From assembly GCA_977017575.1 (NCBI GenBank), contig CDRNVI010000041.1, positions 248,001-312,000 on the forward strand: DNA of 64,000 nucleotides. The letters are read 5' to 3'. This DNA is from Paramoeba atlantica. Its lineage: Eukaryota > Protista > Discosea. The translations under genes and the position numbers were made by a program. Shown one piece after another: positions 57,901-64,000 of the stretch. Numbering within the stretch: position 1 is the first letter of the stretch; each line of letters opens with the position of its first letter. The notes beneath the pieces were generated by a model. The model saw only the letters and a list, made by a program, of their open reading frames with translations. It made no database searches and was not told the DNA's origin.

Positions 57901-59211
57901 AGCAAAATGCGAAGATGGGTATGCGGAGTAGGGAAAAGATGGAAAACGGGAAAGTGCATTCGTCTTGAATCTCTTTATCAAGATGACTTGAAACTCAGCA
58001 CAACATCAAAAATACAACGTGCTCAACTTATTGGCCATCTCGTTCGACATGAATCGCCGTTTAGCCTAGCCATTCTGTGGCGCGTGCAAGACAAATCATC
58101 ATATCCTTCGATCTCTGAATTATGCGCAAAAGATTTAAATCTTTCAATAGAAGAAGTCATACATTCGTCTCGGGACCGCGCCTTATGGAGGTCAAGCGTT
58201 GATCGACTACGAAATCGGATCGAACCACGCCCTGATTATGTACCCATCGAAGCAAAATCATGGGAAAAACGAGCAATGGTTGCACGAAAAGAGAGTCAAT
58301 ATAAATCACTACAATTCGTCGAAGAAGGCGCATTGCCATTCCCAAATATTTCTCCAGCCGTACACATGTATACTGATGGCTCTCTTAAAACAACGAAATC
58401 GAAAGTTACTTCTGGATGCGGAATCGTGTGGTGGGGGGATGGTGTTGAGAAGTCCTTAATGGGAGTACGACCTCCAACGGATATTGAGCTCACCATAACT
58501 GCGGTAGAGCTCTATGCCGTATATGAGGCACTGAATCTTGCGGCACATTATGGGCAGGACATTGTATTACACACAGACTCAAAATACGTATGGGAATTCT
58601 TCCACATTATAAGGCATCGATTTTGCATAGTTGGGTTTCAATTATTCCAGAGCGCACAACTACTCAAGAAGATACAACTTTTGTGTTCTAAGATCGAGCA
58701 AAATAGCAATGTATATTGCATCAAAACCAGAGGGCATGAAGGAAACCCGCACAACGCAACCTCAGACTGGCTCGCTAAACGAGCTTGCACACATCAAGAC
58801 GAAAACCCTTCCTTTACTTACCGCGGTTTTGATATCGTGACCAATGAAAAGAGGAAAGGTAACGAAATTCAAAACAATATGAAAAAGAACAAAAACAAAA
58901 ATACGAAATTACCAGAGTTTGCGCACACACCTATCGAAATGTCTCCTACGCACTCTATAAGCACGAAAAATAAAGGTAACCTGATAAATGAAAAGGGGAA
59001 ACGATCAAGATCCAAGAACAAGCGTGAAAATACGAATACGCACAGCAACCAAAAAGCACGAAAAACTGATGGAAAGAGGAGTACGAATGCATATTCACCA
59101 GGATTAGCAGAGGTAACTTTAGCAAGAAAGCATCCACAAAGAAAGCGAGCTAATTATGAAGAGGAGTGCAAGAGAACTCGAAAGGGGGGGAGCTCTTCTT
59201 CTAAAACGTGA
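54910..59211 (+). CDS. Intact single-ORF APE-RT-RNase H non-LTR retrotransposon (RTE-group/ingi-like layout), 1433 aa
   Basis: APE: MNVDTL, ALQETR, NVYSPT, CGDMNA, LDHI. RT: QFGFRPHRST, VDFKQAF, LQGDVLAPYLF, YADD. RNase H: YTDGS, VELYAV, TDSKY, GHEGNPHNATSD. Confidence 0.92.
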   Translation: MAEASGPFESVLEVCGKLRTARCGRGNLFLPPQQRGVGTKLRQRALLQMSKVLAVGKHVAVVWCMAYNERITLWEGVVHSSLDGSGWLVKYDLMNGRLLPFPPRDDRIHVLGGRVGLLPKSLRKRNRKRKSCFRRGYREQRPKIKAMREGFAVSTMNVDTLKCKTTDEFALRKCFRLHQAVEFMRSYGVTIMALQETRLSFKSEEPIIHRRLYLAGISVNIYIMSAIKGYNGMAMLSLQPMGVEKINDRIMKGTIHIGKMKACIFNVYSPTAGAKKEKQESFDEELFDAWHDSQCSLKLICGDMNAPLQDPNGRKCCSERAQEFRKFLVTLGSKSAHQCCSAERKWTYRFPPTPKHPDGLTKQLDHIIINSRFSSAFRYQKVLLAPIPTRHCAVIAGLNIKWRVACKPGKLQPFWGSLRNETICDTFVKNVEESIQGGNKRSREGSIGPALWDKLSSAVNSAAEKLPRKIANIGKAPDSETDSHSLDMKTIVQIARNRRTFDTFAREHGKMIEECVKEECEVIQEKLYKCPKSAYQAIRYIVGENRKVFSMFGENVRDSMCRVRGHFQAIGNQLDQISEPVNFPNCNKSLIGIEDTEFTPKELRISLQKVKSGKASGSDNIPIEALSTLAQREEALGMLLNIINEVMCIGAAADKWKMILQVPLPKKGNLNDLTNWRPICIVNHVVKVMNRMVLERIQPAVENMLRSNQFGFRPHRSTAGAQATFVEIATKASRGEGVAVAFVDFKQAFPSVTFSAIRDALRAFHIPENITKVIMSMYEGLKSYVRTPHGDTESFSIENGTLQGDVLAPYLFIMVLDRIMAEAIDAKGLGVIAYSTGTKSRGEKHLRISDVAYADDVVLFASSRSELSEMLENLCKYAKRANLQVNLGKNKTAWMVLGKIDDMTAPLLVPSVGEIPRVYKYKYLGSTQENENRHVAPQERIRLGWATMHKLHAIWNSPIQVASRLKIFRTLVMPVINYNCGTWNISSNQMSELDVQVSKMRRWVCGVGKRWKTGKCIRLESLYQDDLKLSTTSKIQRAQLIGHLVRHESPFSLAILWRVQDKSSYPSISELCAKDLNLSIEEVIHSSRDRALWRSSVDRLRNRIEPRPDYVPIEAKSWEKRAMVARKESQYKSLQFVEEGALPFPNISPAVHMYTDGSLKTTKSKVTSGCGIVWWGDGVEKSLMGVRPPTDIELTITAVELYAVYEALNLAAHYGQDIVLHTDSKYVWEFFHIIRHRFCIVGFQLFQSAQLLKKIQLLCSKIEQNSNVYCIKTRGHEGNPHNATSDWLAKRACTHQDENPSFTYRGFDIVTNEKRKGNEIQNNMKKNKNKNTKLPEFAHTPIEMSPTHSISTKNKGNLINEKGKRSRSKNKRENTNTHSNQKARKTDGKRSTNAYSPGLAEVTLARKHPQRKRANYEEECKRTRKGGSSSSKT

Positions 59212-59688
59212 TTTTGGAAGCCCAAAAGTTGAATGGAGTATCATTTTATTTATTTTGTTTATTTATTTTTACTTTTATTTTATATTCAATAATGCGATCA
59301 ATTGGTCTGTTTCAGCAGTTGAATAGGGGGTTGTGAGACGAAGGGTTGTTCATATATTTATATATTTATATATATATTTATAAATTGTATTTATACGTTA
59401 TTATTTGTTTTAGTTGTGTTTCGCCAGCAGATAAGGTGGCCAAGTGTATGGGAGGTGAGTTGGAGGACATTTTCGCCCTATAGGGCCATTCTCATAAGAA
59501 AGTAATGAGGATGCACGAGTTCTTGGCTGCAGATGGACTCTTTGCGCGTGAATTTTATGTGAGTTTACATGGAGAAGTGTTTATGTTTATGGTGTAAATT
59601 GTAAACCCCCCAGCTGATACATATGTATCAGTGTCTTTGTTGTGTGTGTGTGTTGTTGTTGTGGACGCAGAGAGTCTCAGCACGTCTC

Positions 59689-61385
59689 CCAGTGCTGTAA
59701 CCTCGGAGCACGTGGCAAAGTGCTTCGAGGAAGTGCCTTACCTTCGCAGGCACTCCGTTGTTTGTGCACGCCGCTCTTCACGGCTAGCCAAGGCACACGA
59801 CGCTCACCTACCTTTGCACGTTAAGAAGTCGATACCTGTTATCCATATGGATCAGGTTAAGGAGTGGATGAGTCTGTCAGCTGCCACTCGTTTTCGCAAG
59901 GTAGTGGATGAATTATTATGGGTACCTAAAGCCCCGTACCCCGAACCTAGTGTGAAAGGTTCATTGCCTGAGGCGGACGTCCGATTGTTGGAGGACGCAG
60001 GCATAATCTCTAAGGTCCCGGCGCAGGAGTTGAGAAAGCGCCCATCGATGCAGTTCATGATTCCCTTCACGGTTGTGGAGACCGATGATGAGGGCAATCA
60101 GCGCAGAAGATTTATTTCATGGACAAGGGACGATAACGATAGATTAAAATCATATGAACCAAAGGTCCCATTATATCATCCCTCCAAGTATCTTCATAAG
60201 GCGCACGAGCCGATGGCTGTGAAGCGGGACTTCACATGCGGGTTTTACCAGATTGGTATCCCGAAGAGGGCGCGGCCCAAATTCCGCCTTAGAACGACCA
60301 GTGGAGACGTGTATGAGATGAACGTCCTCCCGATGGGCCATAGGTGTGCACCGGAGGTTATGCACACGGTTACCGCCGCGATTGCTGGCGAGGCGTCGAT
60401 TTGTTCTCAGCGCTACTCGTTTCACCGAGGCGCTATCGACGTTTATGTTGACGGAGTTCGGTTTGCAGGAACCGACTCCGAGGCCACCACGTACGCTCAG
60501 TTCATTGACGAGCGTTGCGACAAAGCGAACGGTCTTTTCAAAGATCGGGGTCAGCCCCCTGTAGCACAGTACGTGTTCAATGGGGTGGCGTTCGACCATA
60601 ACGCGCATACGGTCTGCCTGGGGCCGCGAGTGATCAGGAAACTGCGAGCCGACTCTTTCTTCAACATTTCCTTTGTTGACCTAGAGGCGGTGGTGGGGCG
60701 CCTCATTTATGGCTCCGCAGTTCTCCGACTCAATATGCCGCGATTTTATTTCGCTTTGAAGGTGGCGCAACGGCGTATCAACTTGTTGAACCGTTGCCCG
60801 AAGTTATGTGACCGTCCGGTCGCACTCCCTGTCGTCACTCGCTCCATGCTAGCAGAGTGGAGAAACGAGTTGTTGGAGAATGTTCCACGGTCTCCACCTC
60901 CCCATCCCGATGTTGTTCCACACAAGCATCGTCTCTACACCGATGCCTCGGTGAAAGGATGGGGAGCGATTATGTATTTAGACAGCGGAGAGGTTTTGAT
61001 TACGGGAGAGGCGTGGCCTGAGTCATCCTCGTATGAGGTGAATCGTGCGGAAGCTGCAGCAGTCCGCTTAGCCCTCGAGAAGTTTTCCGCGCATTGCCCC
61101 CGTGGAACCTGCTTGGATGTTTTTGTTGATAACACCTCCTGTCAGGCTGCACTGAACAGGATGATCTCCAAGTCAGAGGGGGTTTCAATGGAATTGCGCG
61201 AAGTCCTGCGACTGACAGAGGAGAAAGGTATTTGTGTGAAGGCAGCGTATATATCCACGGATGAGAACCCGGCGGATGCTGTCGGTCGCGGGAAGGAGAT
61301 TGAGATGGAGAAGGTCGAGAGATACGAAGGTAAGATCGAGAGAGACATTAGTAAGGTAGGCAGTCATATTCAGAGAAAGCCCTAA
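59689..61385 (+). CDS. Family-Y RT-RNase H (duplicates 53714-54847, then continues to a complete RNase H)
   Basis: KRDFTCGFYQI, LPMGHRCAP, YVDG, LYTDAS, NRAEAAA, VDNTS, ENPADAVGR. Confidence 0.88.
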
Positions 61386-61478
61386 GGGACAGGATCACCA
61401 AATACAAAAAAAAACAAGCCAAGAAAAAAAGAAAAAAAAACAAAGAGACAAAAAAAAACAAAAAAGACAAACACAAAA

Positions 61479-62506
61479 GGGGACCACGCATTGTCTTGCA
61501 AGCACGACGGAATTATCGCGAGGCACAATGCCGTGGCAGATCACTTCACGGACCTTTGCAGCAGAGCCAAACTGGCCCCACAACGGGAGAAAAGTCTTGG
61601 TAACAGAGGCCCAGGGGGTGCCCTCACCAGACCTGGCGACGTATACCTGCGCAGTCTTTTCTTGGGGAATCCCATCGTGCTTGACTTCGCGGTCACCCAT
61701 GCTCAGCAACTAAAATATACGGACAAAGTCCGGAACGCTAGCTGGGTAACCGCGGGGTCGTTTGCCGAGCAATATTCCTCCATGGAGAAGGGTAGGCAGC
61801 GCCGGGAAGCCGTTGACGCCGGGTGTGACTTTACGGCCATGGTGGTCGAAAGCTATGGCGCCTGGAGCCCCAGTGCTTCAGCAGTGATCCGCAAAGTTGG
61901 GGAACGTCTCTCACATGCCTCGTGTGGGTTATTGACAGAGGGGGAAGCCACGAGCAGAATCTTTACGGAGCTGAACGTCACCCTCATGCGCCTTCAGGCG
62001 CGCATGATGGTTACTCGTTTACTTCCTGAGGATCCGCTCTCTCCTACGGAGGTGTAAACGTTCGTAAACGTCGACCGCGCCCCTTTTGGCACGGGAACAC
62101 GTTTGCGCCCATGAAGAGCTGGTCGGGATGCTGGTCGAGTCGACAGAGTCTATACTCACGCCTAGCCCGCGAGGGCTAGGTACCTCAAGTGAGGTAGTAC
62201 ACGGGTAGTGAATCTCCTCCCCGTCGGCCAGCATCCTGTTTCGTGACCGTGTCGCTGCCGACACAGGCCCGCGCCTGCGCCCTCCCATATAACAAGGGGG
62301 AAGGGTTTACAAGTCAGGCCGTGGAGAGGTCGAAAGACCCGGTCCGGAACGCTCGAATGGATTGGGAATGGATTGCTTGTTTTTATTGTTATTGTTTTTA
62401 TTGTTCTTATACTTACGGGAGATCGAATTGCTAGTTTTGGGCTCCAAAATATGAAATTGCTAATTTGATTGCTTGTTTAAAAAGACAAAAAAAAAAAAAA
62501 AAAAAA
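61479..62506 (+). pseudogene. 5'-truncated CRE family-2 copy: RLE C-terminus (to 62057), structured 3' UTR, poly(A)
   Basis: GIIARHNAVA, RPGD..LDFAVTH; UTR homologous to 42540-42920. Confidence 0.88.
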
Positions 62507-62542
62507 CTTTAACGATAAAGATACAGTTTCTGTACCTTGTTG
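62505..62542 (+). ncRNA. Spliced-leader sequence directly after a poly(A) tail (nt 1-2 ambiguous with the tail)
   Basis: (A)n-CTTTAACGATAAAGATACAGTTTCTGTACCTTGTTG. Confidence 0.85.
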
Positions 62543-64000
62543 AATTATTTTTCCTTTCTTTAGTTACTCCCCGGGGATTAGCGTCCTTCCCCATGAAAAG
62601 CGATCAAAGTCTTCGATCTCGCGCAAGCCTAGACAAAAATCCACCTTCACCCCACATATTGACTAACACAAACGAAGGTAAGCTCAGCGAAGGCACTTTC
62701 ACCGATGAAGAGCGTTCCCACCGACTCGGCAGTTGGGACCAGTTTGAGGGGAACAAACACTTGATCTCCACTGCAAGTACATACAACGAGCAACTTTATA
62801 CCACGCCGATCCCCATGGATATTCCCGCGGAATGGATGGATCACGCACGCCAAATTGCACAGGAGAGGGAAACTCCAGACACGGGCCATACTGAGGCAGA
62901 AAACGAGGAAATGCAACACTGTGGGGTAAGACGGCAGAGCACAACTCATGAAAACGCACCTGCATCTCGGACCCCCGACAAAGCACTGAAGCTTAATGCC
63001 GTAGTACAGGACGTCTCTCCCCGTCTGCTACACAACGTTTCTCCCTCGAAAGGACCCACGAAGACAGACACGAGGCATTCTAAACGAATACCGGCGACAG
63101 AGAAAAACCCTCCCTCACCTCTCCTAGCTGAGGCCAAGGACTCAGCCACCGAAGTTACACAAAACAGAGAAGAATTCCGAGAATGCTCGGCGATGGGATG
63201 CACTTGGCGGAGCCCGGCGCACGGGGTATCGTGGCAAGCGTTTTATAACCACGTCGCCTGTCGCCACGGTAGCAGCATCCCTGCCGCCTGGTGGGCTACA
63301 GAAGGTAGATTCCTGTGTGCTGCATGCGGGCGCTCTTACGATGTCAATAAAACGGAAACACACCCACAGTCCTGAAAGGGAAAGATGACAACCCCTCAAA
63401 GCCCATCACACATGTCACACCCAAGCGACGAAAGCCACCCACCCACAACTCAGATGCATCAACCCGAGCTTCCCTCGTTGGCCTCTATTTCTCAGACACA
63501 ATTGAGCACTTGCAAAGACGTCCCCGCCCGATGCCGTCATCTTTGGGGAGAAATCTTAACAAAAACGGCCGAAAACGCAGTCAAGGAAAACTCCCCCGCC
63601 GCGTGGACGTTATTCGCTATGCTCCCGAAGTGTCTCCTACCAGCTCCGCACCGAGGAGGACGCAAGCATCACACAACATACGCATCATTCGTCGAAAAGT
63701 GCATGAACCGATGGCTGGCGCAAGATTACGTACCCTTGTGGAATGATACAGTAAACAACGCCCTCAAAAAGCAATCCGCAACCCCTAACATAGTTCACGA
63801 TGAGGAGGAAAAAGCTGCCATCCGGTCAGAATTGCTGGTTCGACAAGGCGAGTACTCAAGAGGAATGGCAGCACTCACGGCTGACCCAATGGCTCCTGAC
63901 GACGAAGAAACGTATATCAAGCTTCAGAACAAACACCCGTGCCGCCTTTCAGACAGCGACGCCATCGATTACACCCCCCCACCAACAGCGCCCTTACAGG
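62505..64000 (+). mobile_element. SL-led CRE family-2 element 5' part (ATG 62593; stop at 63373-63375); runs off the window
   Basis: Homologous to 32924-34192: GSWDQF.GN.HLI, C..C..H..H, LCAACGR, ELLVRQGEYSRGMAALTA. Confidence 0.85.

Noticed and set aside
53428-59211. 1927-aa ORF as a novel DIRS-RT/APE/RT/RNase H fusion protein
   Set aside because: Comparison with 59689-61385 shows the YR-element RT is cut at 54847 by the LINE. The frame continuity is accidental, and the ORF start lies inside the 157-bp insert.

Overview
Eukaryotic DNA from a kinetoplastid-type euglenozoan. The evidence is a trypanosomatid-like 5S rRNA gene (32333-32450, minus strand) and seven copies of a spliced-leader (SL)-like 38-mer, AACTTTAACGATAAAGATACAGTTTCTGTACCTTGTTG. 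I see no ordinary cellular protein gene. The window is almost entirely a nested pile-up of mobile elements: two families of CRE/SLACS-clade RT+RLE non-LTR retrotransposons; two families of tyrosine-recombinase (VIPER/TATE/DIRS-like) retrotransposons; two APE-type LINE families (one intact APE-RT-RNase H ORF); two families of Helentron/HINE-like non-autonomous elements; a TIR element carrying a 178-bp satellite; and an internally deleted IS30-like element. Many nestings resolve exactly, with ~7-bp TSDs and host reading frames restored when the insert is removed. The most striking features are: (1) SL sequence at the 5' ends of unrelated retroelement classes, with one spliced/unspliced pair showing the SL at an AG acceptor; (2) a 5S/B-box/SL locus occupied by a CRE element; (3) a possible small beta-barrel domain shared by CRE, APE-LINE and YR-retrotransposon proteins; (4) an IS30-like element that transposed into a host retrotransposon. 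All calls come from reading motifs by eye; no database searches were run.
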